NCBI GenBank assembly: GCA_053919585.1
Contig: CM132822.1
DNA: 64,000 bases
Reading direction: 5' to 3' (one strand)
Source of the DNA: Euprymna scolopes
Lineage: Eukaryota
Position numbers and translations under genes: made by a program. Under the pieces are notes generated by a model. That model saw only the letters and a list, made by a program, of their open reading frames with translations. It ran no database searches and was not told the DNA's origin. Positions within the stretch are counted from its first letter, which is position 1. Every line of letters starts with the position of its first letter. Positions 51,930 to 64,000 of this stretch are shown here, one piece after another.

Positions 51930-52827
51930 TGTCTAATTGCGAACATAAACCTTTATTTAATCCATAGAAGTAGCAGACTCTCGTTCCGTCAGCCTTGAGC
52001 AAGGACCCGTGGCGTAGTGGATAAACTACTTGGTAAAATTCAGTTGTAAGTTACACTCTTTTGGGGGTGAAGATTCAATCCTCAGTGCGGGCGACACTCA
52101 ACATACGCCTTCTACTCAATCATGGCTGATGAAACAAGAACATGCTATCCCTGGAGATTAAATAAAAGGTCTAATTCGCAATTTCGTCTAAATGCCCGAG
52201 TTCATCAGAAAAATTCCCGTGTTCAACAAGACACACCTTAAGAATGGCGTGTTACGTTGTCGTATCATAAAATGAGCGTTTGTTGTATATTGGTTGAAAT
52301 TGGAATGGAGATGATATATTAAAACGTGTCTATTTATAAATGATTGAGTGTTTGATTATCTTATCAGAGTTAATGACGTTGTGTGTGTGATCGTCTAGTG
52401 GTCTTTCTATTACATATGTTCATATGCTGTTAAGTGTGAATGTGTGTGTGACATGTCATTTGAACATACCTTCTGTCATTTTGTTGCTTCGTCTGAGAGG
52501 GAGACTTGATACCTGTTTTTGGGGACGAAGATTTATTTCACACCAAGACAAGAAATTGGTTCTATAGTTTTTTTATTCACCTTCCAGTTTGTTCACAGAA
52601 GTAAGGAAAGTGAATTTGGCCTGTGGTTTCTTCTTCTAGGTCTTATTTCTACCACGTCAGCGTTCGTTCCCCACCCCCAGCGAAAGGGAGGAGATAACAG
52701 CGAAGCCGTCCACTCTCGTCCAAGTCGCAACCAAATCTCTTCGATTCAGCTAACTTGATCACATGATTCACACGCAATCAAATCAGCTGATATTGACTTC
52801 CAGTCAACGTGTCTACACTATAATTCA

Positions 52828-52884
<57 letters not shown>

Positions 52885-52970
52885 ACAGGCGGAAATTACA
52901 TCAACGAAACGTTGTGAAAATAACAGTTAAAATTAGAACAATAGTCCGAAGAATATAAATAATACGGGTT
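51930..52970 (+). mobile_element. Hammerhead-tailed SINE with inverted 5' arm (copy e), split by a solo LTR
   Basis: Inverted body 51930-51994; head GCAAGGACCCGTGGCGTAGTGG from 51999; B-box-like GATTCAATCC at ~52072; tail resumes at 52888 (...CATCAACGAAACGTTGTGAAAATAAC). Confidence 0.8.
52250..52887. mobile_element. Solo LTR carrying a terminal (CT)n tract (copy 2)
   Basis: TGTTA...TAACA with 4-bp TSD GGCG (52246-52249 / 52888-52891); removing it restores the SINE tail. Confidence 0.85.
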
Positions 52971-53694
52971 CAAACATTAGGTAGTGTTGAGTAACATTGA
53001 CTATTTCAAATATTCAACTCTCCTGTTGTAGAATAGTGTTGGAAAATCGCCAATCGCCACATGATCTACCTTTTTGTTCATAGAGGGAAACGGCTGTTCG
53101 TCTTACTTCTTATCAGGGAGTCGTTAGCTCATTGGATAGTTACGTATTCAGTAAGATTGATATAGCAGCGGTTGATCTTTTCTTTTACCTTATTTTTGTG
53201 GCTCTAATATAAGTAATTAAACAGAACCATAAATAATTATGTTAATTGCTCTGAGATTTGACTATATTCTTACAGTAATTTACTGCTAGTCGAGATGAAC
53301 TGTTTCTTCCAGCCTTTGTAGTGATATAGAAGTCGCAAAACTTGGCTCAATCACTTCCACGTCTAATTCTCCGGAGGAAAAAAATATATCAATTTTCTGT
53401 CATGTACTCCCTCCCATGATATAACTACGGGGATACTTTTTACTTAACTTTTAACTTAACTTTTAACTTAACTTCTAATAGAATATTGTCTTACTTAACT
53501 AAGCGCACGTGACATTTTCTAGTTTAAACCTTATTTTACTCAAACAACATCTTGAATTGTTACATTCTTTCAGATGATTCTCTTGGACGATTTAAAATGT
53601 TTATTATCTCTAAAACAAATTTAATATTAACATATCGTTGTCATCACATCAGTTGAGAACCTTGGATCAATCATTTTTTAACTCTTGTTACCCC

Positions 53695-54085
53695 CAAACA
53701 AGAGACATTGCCACTTGGACGTAAGGAATACTATTTCGGATCATGTCCACAGAGAGCTATTTGGAGAAATGAGCACAATATCTGTTCAAATTACATTTAG
53801 TTAGCACAGCCAGGGAAGAGGGAAACGGGGAAAAATTCGAAAGTTTTGCAGTCAGAAGAAAAGTATATTAGGCTTTCCTGGATCTGCACTTCTACAATTA
53901 AGTGTTGGCACTTGATTGATCGTGCTAGGTCAATTAGATTGGAGACTTTTGGGACCGTGTATAAGAATAAGACACTAGTGTTGAATACACCAACCCAAAT
54001 ATCGCAACAATATTCCATAGATGGGCTAATTGTAGCTTTTTAGAAATACAGGATACTCTTAGATGTGAGAAATTTTTTGTCCCTA
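53695..54085 (-). mobile_element. Decayed CR1/Zenon-like 3' fragment
   Basis: MEYCCDIWVG; 3' UTR homologous to 18540-18660. Confidence 0.7.
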
Positions 54086-54514
54086 TTTACTTTCCTCCCC
54101 ATGATGTAACAATTAGACAAAAGTCGTTTACAATGTGAGAGAAAGTGTAGCTCCCTTAAAAGGAGTACACTCAGTTAGGACAAAAATTTTTAAAAATGCC
54201 TGAATCTATAAACATTTTTCCTTCACAAAATGACAAAAAATACAAACTATAATATTAAAACAGATACTACATTTTACTCCTGATCAAAAGGCTAAAAAAA
54301 CACACGAACAATATTTGCGCTTCTCTGTGTATTGCACAAATGCCCTCGTTCTGGGTTCCCCTATTTGCATATTAACTATACATATTTTCATATGTAAGTA
54401 ATTAAATTGCAATCTCACATTTACACGTAAGGCGCATCGCACAGGAGTAAATGACAAGTTCATTTGCTACTCATACTTTATAGTGTTTACTCATATTCTC
54501 CCCGAACGGAGCTA

Positions 54515-55080
54515 ATTGACACTGAGGACGTAAGGGGTTACTATTAGAGACTTGAACAGCCAAATATCTGTTCGCATTACATTTAAACTTCTGCATTTTA
54601 GCAAAGTCACAAAAGCAAGAAACAGGGACGAAATTCCAAAGCCTAGCAGTTCGAAGGCAGAAACTATAAGAGTATAAAACTTTTCTTGCATATAGAAATA
54701 TTTACAGTGAATGGATGCGATTTTGATGCTTGCCAGGTTAGTCGAATGTATTTACGCCGAATGGGTATTTACAAGTTCGTCAGCGCACCTTTCATAAAAA
54801 TACTTGTAGAATAGGCACAGATATGCAACATTACAATGATGGGACATAGGTTGGGACTTGGTGGATAGTGCTTAGACCTATTAGATTAAAAATATTATTT
54901 TGGTCTCTGTCTAGATTAGAGAGGCTAAACGTGGCAACAATACTCCATGCATGGGTGAATGGTGGCTTTGTAGAGATACAGTATACTGGCAGGTGTGTGT
55001 AGTTTTCTAGCATTGTAGAAGGAGCCAACAACATTCTTTGCATCAGCCTTGCCAATGTCTTTTATGCATTACTGTTGATG
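54515..55080 (-). mobile_element. Decayed CR1/Zenon-like 3' fragment
   Basis: YLYKATIHPCMEYCCH by frame reading; homologous 3' UTR. Confidence 0.7.
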
Positions 55081-55509
55081 CCTGGTATGTGTTATCGCTG
55101 TTTAATGATGTTTTTACTCATAGTTTACATTTGAATACGACGTGCAAAATTGCCAATACTGACTCTGCTGTAAATGTCATCATTTATCCTTTACTTGTTT
55201 CAGCATTTACACTGGGCGAATTGATGTGGCTTTCTCTGAAGCTAAATGTATATTAGAAGTGATACCCAGTTATACCTGTCCACTGCAAAAGGGAGATTTT
55301 TAACAACGTTAGTTTCTATACGTTTTTTTTTTTGCAAAGAAATATCGTCATTTTTATTCATTTATTCATTTTGTACGAATAAAATTATTCTATCGTTGTC
55401 ATTAGTTTCCTCGATATCTTTCTAGTTAGAATTGTTCCTTGAAAGATAACAATTGTACGCAAGAGGTACCATGTGAAAGTTGGCAACCTCCTAAGTGAAA
55501 GCATTTCGA

Positions 55510-55583
55510 TTGAACGACCTGGATTCGAACTTAGAACACCCAGATTTTCAGTCTGTGTCGTTATCCACTTAGCCACAGTCACC
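55510..55583 (-). pseudogene. tRNA-like sequence (Phe-type GAA loop), SINE head or pseudo-tRNA
   Basis: TGGCTAAGTGG A box, CAGA-CTGAAAA-TCTG anticodon arm, GTTCGAATCC B box; acceptor and T stems imperfect. Confidence 0.6.
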
Positions 55584-56399
55584 TGAAACAATTCAGTTTA
55601 AAAATAGCATGGAAATTGCTTTAATAGAAAATATCTTTGGAATAATTCTACGGATAAAAATCTGAGAGCTATGGTTCAGTTAGTGTGAAGCTGATTCAGG
55701 ATCACACTTACTAACGAGACTATCACCAAAGTGTCCTCAAATATTAATGAACGGTAATAAAACAAAACATGCTATACATTAGTGAGCACGTCCGTCATGT
55801 GTTGTTACTCTTTCCGTGGCGGGTGCATAACATCATACACCCATGCAGTCTTATTGTTAGCAAGGTTTCGTTAATACGGGGTAACCCCACCCCCAAAAAA
55901 AGCTAAGTGGAGGCCATCTAGAACATATGGTGTAGAACGGAGAAAAAAGGCCAAAGACCCTAGGGTTTTGATGTGATGTTTTGAACATAATAAACTAGTT
56001 ATGACCAAAGTTTCATTTCATTCGGACAAAACAGTAAGAAACGGGGCCTAATTAGAGTTGGGGGCCCCTTTTTTTTAGTCACCCTGTACTCGCGTTGTTG
56101 TGTCATGTTTATCGATTGTTTATGAAGGACGCCGGTTTGTCTTTTAAGAATTTCTTTAACATAACAAGAGAGACAGAAATCGAATGCAAGTTTGTGCTCA
56201 CCGTCCTCCGCCTCCTTCTAGATTGTCCTTGACCGCCGTGTCCTTCATCTGTTCTCATTGGTGTCGGCAGGCTGAGTGAGGTAGAGCTGTTCTCCGATGG
56301 AAGTGGCGTAATTTTTTTTTTTTTACTTCCGCTTTTAGACTCTATCATCCTCTGTTTCTTCTTTCGCTATCTAACATATGGACTGAAGTTTATTTGTAA

Positions 56400-57166
56400 C
56401 TAGCAGTTCAGTCCGGCTTTGCTCAGGCCCTATATACTGTTCATAACTTGCCCTATGTGTGAATACTCTTTATGTAAAATTTAAAATGTTTAGACCAAAA
56501 ATTGTCTGAGTAATTTGGTAGAGACCGCAGAGGACAATTTTTTAAACTTTGACTCCAATTTTGTCCCCTTAACATTTATTGTTTTGGTCTCAAATCAAAA
56601 TAAAAGGTTTGACCCGTATCCAAGTTACTTAAACCTAAACTTTCAAGTGTTTAGATTCAAAATTGGTGGAGGAGTTTGGTGGAATCTACAAAGGTCAACT
56701 CTTTCAACTTTGACCTTTTGGCAGCGAAATTTTCGCCCCAAAACTGATTAAAATGCTTGCCGCATGTCTGAATACCCGTTATGTAAAATTTCAAATGTTT
56801 AGGCAAAAAATTGGCTGAATAGTTTTCTAGAGACCGCAAAGGTAAAATATTTTAATCTTTGACCCTTTGATAGTTCAAATTTTGTACCCAAACCGATTAA
56901 AAAGCTTGCCCTATTTCTGAATACCCTTTAAATAAAATTTCAAATTTTTAGACCAGAAATTGGAGGAGTGAATTGGTAGAGATCGCAGAGGTCAAATCGT
57001 TGAACTTTGACCCAAATTTCTGGTCGAAAACCGATTAAAAAGATTTTCTTAAATCTCAATACCCCTTGTATCAAATCTCGAGTCTGTAGACTGAAAATTG
57101 ACAGAGTAGTTTGGTAGGGAAATGCACACAGACACACAAACAATTTCACTTTTTTAGATATATAGA
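56400..57166 (-). mobile_element. Non-autonomous Helitron copy (same family as the 21.4-23.7 kb array)
   Basis: Minus strand 5' TCTATATATC...AAGTGA..GTGTGT, shared body with internal duplications, 3' CTAG; A|T target. Confidence 0.8.
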
Positions 57167-57828
57167 TAAACTGTGTATACAGAGTAGGTTGTAACGCTTC
57201 CATAGGTGATATTTTTATTCCATCTATTATTTACATTTGTCGTTTTGTTATCTCTAATTTCATTTGTTACAATTAACTTGAATCATCCTTTCTTAACCTG
57301 ACAAATCGATTTATCAAAATCGATTTAAAACAATCTTCCACGGTTGAAATCGTTTTTTTTTTTTGTTTTGTTTTGTCCTATTTTTTTATTTTTTCTTGAA
57401 AAATAACTGTTTTACTCACAATAGAACATGCACATTATCGATTACGTATTAATCGATTTCATCTCATTGAAATCGATTACAAATCGATTGTTGAATCGAT
57501 TATAAAATTAAAGTTTCCTCACTCGAACTTCGCACATCGCAGTTGCATTATAAAATTTGTAAAAGCTAAAGTTTGCAAATTTCCAAAACAAAAATTTGAT
57601 CTGATAAAAAAATTGTATTTAAAAATTATCAGTGACTTTTGAAGTGAAAAGAAAAGAAATATTAAATAATTACATTCAAACTAATTTTCACACACACTTC
57701 ATTAATCGCATGAAATAGAACAATACGCCTCTCGGGAAAGGTAAAATATAAAGTAATCCAAAAAGTTCTGTTCTGTTCATTTTTTAAGGAAAAAAAACGA
57801 AACGTTTCACAGTATGCGTAACTTATAT

Positions 57829-58780
57829 TTATTCTTCGAAATAATTGTCCTCAGCATCCAACGTGTCTCCAACTATTCATGCCCTTGCAGTAGACATGTA
57901 GAATGTGTTGGACGCAAAGAAGTGCGTGAAGACTTGGCACAGGTCTGCTTCATTGGTGAAGGATTTTCCATGAGTATAATTATACAGAGGTGATCAGATG
58001 GTGCAAGGTAAGGTGAATAAGATGGATGACATAAGTACCCTACCCATGGTATTCCTGATCACTGACGCGACATGCAGCCTGGCGTTGTCATGGTGAAAAA
58101 GCACACCTTTGCGATTCCCTATGGCTAGCTCCTCCTGATGTAATGCTTGTTGCATACGTTTCAATTATTGCAAGTATACGTCTCCAGTGAGCGTTTGATT
58201 AATCAGTAGCAGTTCATATTAAACCACGTGACGACCAGACACAAAGCATAATCTTTCGTGAGTACATAGGCGATCTTGCCGTGAGAGGGACAGCATCCTG
58301 AGGAGACAATCAATGTCTGAAATGTTTAGTAGTTTAGTACAGAATCCACTTTTTATCACTGGTAAGCACTCGATTGAATAGGGGTGAAAAGCAGCGATAC
58401 GCAATCTGCCACTTGCTGTCCATTGTGGATCTCCCACGGTGTTGGCAGAACTCACTTGTTCAGTTTATACGCTTCGTTGGCCAATGCAGGTGAAGTGTAT
58501 TTCATAGGAAACATTGAACTCTCTTACAATTTCAACACTCGTTAGACTGCTGTCTCCTTTAATGCTCACTTTCAGGACTCCGACTTGTGGTCGTCCACTG
58601 CGAGGATTATCACGGAGGGATAAATTTCCCGGCTTTAATTTAAACCAACGCCTTGTAACACGTTCATTTACAATGCTATTTCCAAAGATTGAACATGTGG
58701 CGACTTGATAAAGCTGCTGATAATTCCACTTTGAAGTCGTAAAGCAAACAGTCTCGAACGAGATCTTTAGACATTTCCAT
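57829..58780 (-). mobile_element. Mariner transposase pseudogene
   Basis: MEMSKDLVRDCLLYDF...PRSGRP...; NRKGVLFHHDNARLH; HPSYSPYLAPSD; GKSFTNEADL...FFAS...YFEE*; multiple frameshifts. Confidence 0.9.
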
Positions 58781-58884
58781 TCTTCTCACAGTTGTCCGTA
58801 TTATAACTGATGACCGAATACGTTGCGCGTGTTTTTTTTTTATGATACCTGAGGTTCCTACTTCCGGCTCTCCGAATTTTAAGA

Positions 58885-59350
58885 CAAATAACACCCTACC
58901 TGAGAATTCTTCCTTCAAACTTCTCGGCCTAAAATTCACTGGCAATATGAACTGGAACAAATATATTGAGGACATTGCGAAGGCTGCTGCAAAGAAGTTG
59001 GGTTCTCTCTAACGAGCTAGAAGATTACTCACACCTGAGAGTATCATGTAACCTCTACAATTTGCCCATGCATGAATATTGTTGCCCCATATGGGCTGGT
59101 GCATCTACCACTAGCCTCTCCCTCTTGAATAAGGTCCAAAAAAGAGTTTTTAATCAAATACGTCTCATATTGTCAACTAAGCTCCAACCCCTATCCCATC
59201 GCCGCTATGTTGCATTTCTGTGCTTGTTTTACGAATATTTTAATGGAATGTGCTCTGATGAACTCGTTGCACTTGTGCCTCCTCGACGTACATATCTCCG
59301 GTAAACCCGATTAGTAACAAAATCTCACCTCTTCACTGTTGAAGTCTCTG
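58885..59350 (+). mobile_element. CR1/Zenon-like fragment upstream of the mariner ORF
   Basis: EYCCPIWAGASTTSLSLLNKVQKRV...LQPLSHRR. Confidence 0.85.
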
Positions 59351-60669
59351 ATATATGTGTGTGTGTGTGTGTGCGTGTGTGTGTGCGTGTGCGTGTCTTA
59401 TATATATATAAAATAAAAAAATTTATAATCAACATTTCTTTACGTGTAAACCAAAAAAAAACACATCTCAATATAAAAAATATAAATATTTTTAAAGATA
59501 AATTTGAAAACTTTAAATGTCAGGAAAATGATAAAATCATATTTATTTGGTGTTGTAAGTCCAATATTTCGCTAAAAATAGCTTCATCAGGGTAATAAGC
59601 CAGTCCGTAGTTTTTTTGTTGTTGTTTTTTTTCCCCCCTTCATTTTTTTGTTATGAAGGAGATAAGTCCTTGGAGAACAAAAATTTAAATGTACGAGCTG
59701 TCCATTTTTTAACGTGTGCGTCGCTCCAGTTTCGAGCAGGAATATATGTTAAAAAAGGTAGTTACACACTATTTGAAGACATTTATTTTGAATAGAATTT
59801 AAAGTTAACTTTGAAAACTTTAAATGTCAGGAAAATGATAAAATCATTTTTATTTACTTTTGTTGGTGTTGTAAGCCTCATCAAGCTAATTTTTTATTGA
59901 AAGTTAAGACAAATTTGTATGTAAACATTTAAGATATATTTTTCTTATGTAAAAACATTCTCAACAAAATCAAAATCATGATTAAAAATAAACTTTGATT
60001 ATATCATATTTAGAAATGTTTTTATGCAAATTTTAAAATTAACATAGAATTACGTAATTATCAGAATAGACACTTCGTCATTATTACTTATTATACGCCG
60101 GTAAAAGTTAGCAAGACTTCCGCTAAACAAAAGCGGAAGTCGAAAAAAGCTATATTATTTTTTTTAAAATATGAAACGTTTTGTCTGCGGGATCAAAACA
60201 TTCATTGGAGTGAAAAACACGGTGTCGTTGATGGAAAAGGGGAGAGGAGAGGAAAAGATAGAAAGCGAAAGTGACCTAGACAGCTGGGTGGCCAGAAAAC
60301 CTCTCCTTCTATTTTTTTATTTTTCGCTAATACTTTTCGGTAAGAATGATAGCAAACGATATTCGTTTAAGAAAGTTTTTTTTTTTTAGTAAATTATCGT
60401 ATTTTAGTAAATCGCTTTAAATAAATTACTGCTGATACTATCGAAACTATTACCTATGCATACAATAAAAAGACAATAAAATTATAACACCAAACATTTA
60501 TCATGAACATTTGAAAGTTTCTGTTAATTAGACATTCAAAGAATCGTTCAACTGCACAAAACATACAGCATTTCAAAATATCATGTATTTATGATTTGAA
60601 TGACAGAAATCCGTTTTGATGGTGATTTAGTGATGGTACATGAAAGAAAACCTTCGTAACTATTCATTT

Positions 60670-60694
60670 GCACACACACACACACACACACACA

Positions 60695-60756
<62 letters not shown>
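60670..60756. repeat. (CA)-(TA)-(CA) compound microsatellite
   Basis: Seen directly. Confidence 0.95.
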
Positions 60757-60799
60757 TGTGAACATAAAAACATTTTTCAAAAATGAATTAATGTAAATA

Positions 60800-61378
60800 T
60801 TTATTATTTTGATTATTCGGATTGCTATTCTCACCTTCAGTTTTATTTTCACAACATTTCAGTCGATGTAACTTCTGCAAGGACCCATGGCGTAACAGGT
60901 ACAAATGTAAAATTCAGTTTTAAACGACACTCTTATGACGATTTAATTCTCTGTGCAGGAAATACTAAAAATACAATTGTGGTTTATTTAAGACTTGTAT
61001 CCGGTCATAGCTGACAAAAGAAGGGCATGCCAAATAAAGGGTATGTTTAAAATTAAATGCAGGTTCTCCGAGTTCGGTAGAAAGATACCCGAGTTCGATA
61101 AAGGGGAAACATTTACCCTTATTGGACGAAGTAAAAATTATAAACAGAGAAGAACTGTTGAGGTTAAGACTATCCAAAGCAGCAGCACATATGATTGGCA
61201 ACCGTCACCTACTAAGCAGACCTATTATAGAAGTTAGATTCCCGAGTTCGACGGAAAGATTCCTGAGTTTGACAAGATACACCTGAAGAAATTTGGAAGT
61301 TACATCGACCGAAACGTTGTGAAAATAACACTCAAGATTAGAAAAATGGTCCAAAGAATCCAAAGAATACGAATCAGA
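60800..61378 (+). mobile_element. Hammerhead-tailed SINE with inverted 5' arm (copy d)
   Basis: Inverted tail 60800-60876; head GCAAGGACCCATGGCGTA from 60877; CAC-CTGAAGA...CGACC-GAAA-CG-TT-GTG at 61280-61321. Confidence 0.8.
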
Positions 61379-62747
61379 AAGATTTTCTAAATTTTGTTCA
61401 AAATATTTGCGATGGTTGTTTTGAATTGTCTACTAATAAGAAGAAGAAAAAAAAAGCGACCATTATTATTATTTTTATTCACGTAAAAATCTTTTCTTTT
61501 CATTTTCTTCCATTTTTTGTCTCCCTCTTCATGATGGTTATCTTAATGATTGTGTTAAAAGATTATGTAAAGTGCTGTCTACCTTTCTTACACCCAGATT
61601 GGTCATTTTGGACATCGCAAGGTAAGGTTATCTTCCTACAGCCTGGTGACCTTTCAGGGGGAGCTTTGCACTGGACAGGCAGACAGGCAGCAATCTCAAT
61701 ATGGCCCCTCTACTTGATCTACTAATCAACAATTTACTTATTCTGCACTTTCACTTAACATTTTAATAAACAAAAGATAAACAATAGATTCATTTATTAA
61801 TAATTATTGAGTGAAGAATATACGCTGTTTTGTGAGGGTTTTTGCAAAAAGCGTTATTACTAGTTGTAGTAGATTGTTCCAGAAAAAAAATCTATAGTAC
61901 AAGCAACTTGGAAGAATCAAAACAGAAAATATGCAAACACAATTCTTCGTACTGCTTAACCATATATATATGTGTGTATGTGTGTACATATACACGTATA
62001 TATCTATACATATATATAAATACATATATAGATACTTATGCATATATTTATATGCATATATATATACATGCATATATATGCAAATATATATGCGTCTATA
62101 TATATATTTAATTTTAAAAAATAAAGACGCCATATAAATTGAACTTTCTGTTCTTTCTCTCTCACGTTCTCTCCCTTCTTTTTCTTTTCTAGCTATTCGT
62201 TAAATAGTACTACTTCTTGTAATCATATTTCCTATGTGTTTACTTTTAATGAACTAATCTGGTTTTATGTTTATTTTCATTATCTTAGACTGTTTATAAA
62301 CAGAAAGACAAAGAGGCAGAGAGAGAGAAAAGACAAGAAGATTGCGATTACAGAGGCGAGAGCGGATTGATACGTGGCGAATCAAACTACACGTACATGA
62401 AATAATAGACTGGCATTTCGGAGATATAAGTAAATGACACGACTTAAAAATGTTTTTAGTGTAATATGTAAAGATATATAGATTGATTTATTCATATGTT
62501 TGTTACAGAAGATCAGAACAACATCGATGCCATCCGTTTCAAATTAAAGCCTCTGTTCATGCCAGTCTCTTCCTCTGAAATAAGTATAAGCATAGGCTGT
62601 CCCTGTTTATATTTTAAACCGATAGTACCGATGTTTTTCTGATCTAATATATATATATATATAATTATTTCTTAATTTTTCTTAATAATCAAGAACTCTG
62701 CCGCTACTGTTACACACGCGCGCATGTGCGTGTATAATATTTCTATG

Positions 62748-62834
62748 CTTCCCGTTAGATCATTGAAGTTTAACGCCATTGACGCTGGCTTCTAGAACAT
62801 GGGTGATCATTTGGAAATACTAGGCGCTGTATGC
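62748..62834 (+). pseudogene. Degenerate 5S rRNA-derived fragment
   Basis: TCCCGTTAGATCATTGAAGTT...ATGGGTGATCATTTGGAAATACTAGGCGCTGTATGC aligns with the middle and 3' part of 5S rRNA. Confidence 0.6.
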
Positions 62835-63386
62835 CCTCTCCATCAACGAAGATATATATGTTGATTGGGGATCGCATGTGAATTTGTATTCCCTATAAAC
62901 TTTCCCATTCAAAATGCCCGAAGTTAATTTAAATGACTGGGGCCATAATAATAATGATGGCATAACATCCATTTTAAAAATGCAAATATTTTAGATTTGC
63001 AATGAATTTTATCTATAGTCATTAGACACAAATCAAACAAGATTCCTTGAATCTCTCTTTCTTCATAAAATTCTTTATTCCTTAATGTTTTACAATTTCT
63101 AGTTTTCTTCCCACACTAAGAAGTCGATCATTATGGAATACAATTGCACGCCTTCAGGCACTGTCATATGAGTTGTATATAGTTTTAGTTATTTGTATGA
63201 AAAATATAAAATGACGGGAGAAACCGTTATGAAAATTCAGATAACTTTAAATTTTAGTATGTTTTTCCGTCTCCAATAAAATAAATCCCGATCAAGGATA
63301 TGAGAAATAGGCGAAACTAGGGTCTAAGAGTTTTTGGTTATAGCTGGTTTGTGAGGAAAATGTAAATATATATTATATCTGACATT

Positions 63387-63686
63387 NNNNNNNNNNNNNN
63401 NNNNNNNNNNNNNNNNNNNNNNNNNNNNNNNNNNNNNNNNNNNNNNNNNNNNNNNNNNNNNNNNNNNNNNNNNNNNNNNNNNNNNNNNNNNNNNNNNNNN
63501 NNNNNNNNNNNNNNNNNNNNNNNNNNNNNNNNNNNNNNNNNNNNNNNNNNNNNNNNNNNNNNNNNNNNNNNNNNNNNNNNNNNNNNNNNNNNNNNNNNNN
63601 NNNNNNNNNNNNNNNNNNNNNNNNNNNNNNNNNNNNNNNNNNNNNNNNNNNNNNNNNNNNNNNNNNNNNNNNNNNNNNNNNNNNNN
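63387..63686. other. Assembly gap
   Basis: Run of N. Confidence 1.
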
Positions 63687-64000
63687 TATATGTATCATCC
63701 CCTCTGGTAGGATGTCTTTATTGTTACCAGGATTTATTAATCATTTTTAAAACTCATCATCCAAAATTCAAATCACGTAAAATCAAAAATTAGAATCAAA
63801 TATTCCAATATTCTAGCGTTTTCTTTTCGAAGCCGGTCGAACAACTTACTTCTAAACTGTTTCAATTATCAGTTAAAAAAGAATGAATACGTAAAATTAA
63901 GTCAATATTGTTTTTATAAAAATTACTCATTTGACTTTTTTTTTAATTAAAAATGGACTTTTTTGTTTCTTTGCTAATTGAGTTACTTTAAATCTTTGCG

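Noticed and set aside
55510-55583. Functional tRNA genes (also 24370-24436, 25044-25100)
   Set aside because: A/B boxes are present but acceptor and T stems do not pair properly; treated as SINE heads or pseudogenes.

Overview
AT-rich, microsatellite-dense animal (invertebrate-type) genomic DNA that is almost entirely intronic or intergenic. The only host-gene signal I can support is one 333-bp, phase 1-1 exon (29013-29345, +) of a divergent Cys-loop/nAChR-like cation channel (end of ligand-binding domain, TM1, TM2). The rest is a community of mobile elements. It includes an R4/Dong-type RLE fragment abutting (TAA)n, a 2.2-kb internally deleted Gypsy/Mag-type LTR element with both LTRs, PBS, PPT and TSD, and two solo LTRs carrying (CT)n. 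It also holds HERO-like, RTE (three C-terminal C2H2 fingers) and six CR1/Zenon-like LINE fragments, a young Penelope-like element with an inverted arm and two hammerhead motifs, tandem non-autonomous Helitrons, a dead mariner, 5S- and tRNA-derived SINE heads, and a 10.7-kb 22/24-bp satellite with a ~4.2-4.5-kb higher-order duplication. The most unusual signal is a multi-copy short element with a tRNA-like Pol III head, a 3' hammerhead-ribozyme-like tail, and an inverted copy of its own downstream sequence joined to its 5' end. That is the architecture of the neighbouring Penelope element, suggesting a SINE that hijacks Penelope-type machinery. There are three assembly gaps. All alignments were made by eye and no database searches were run.
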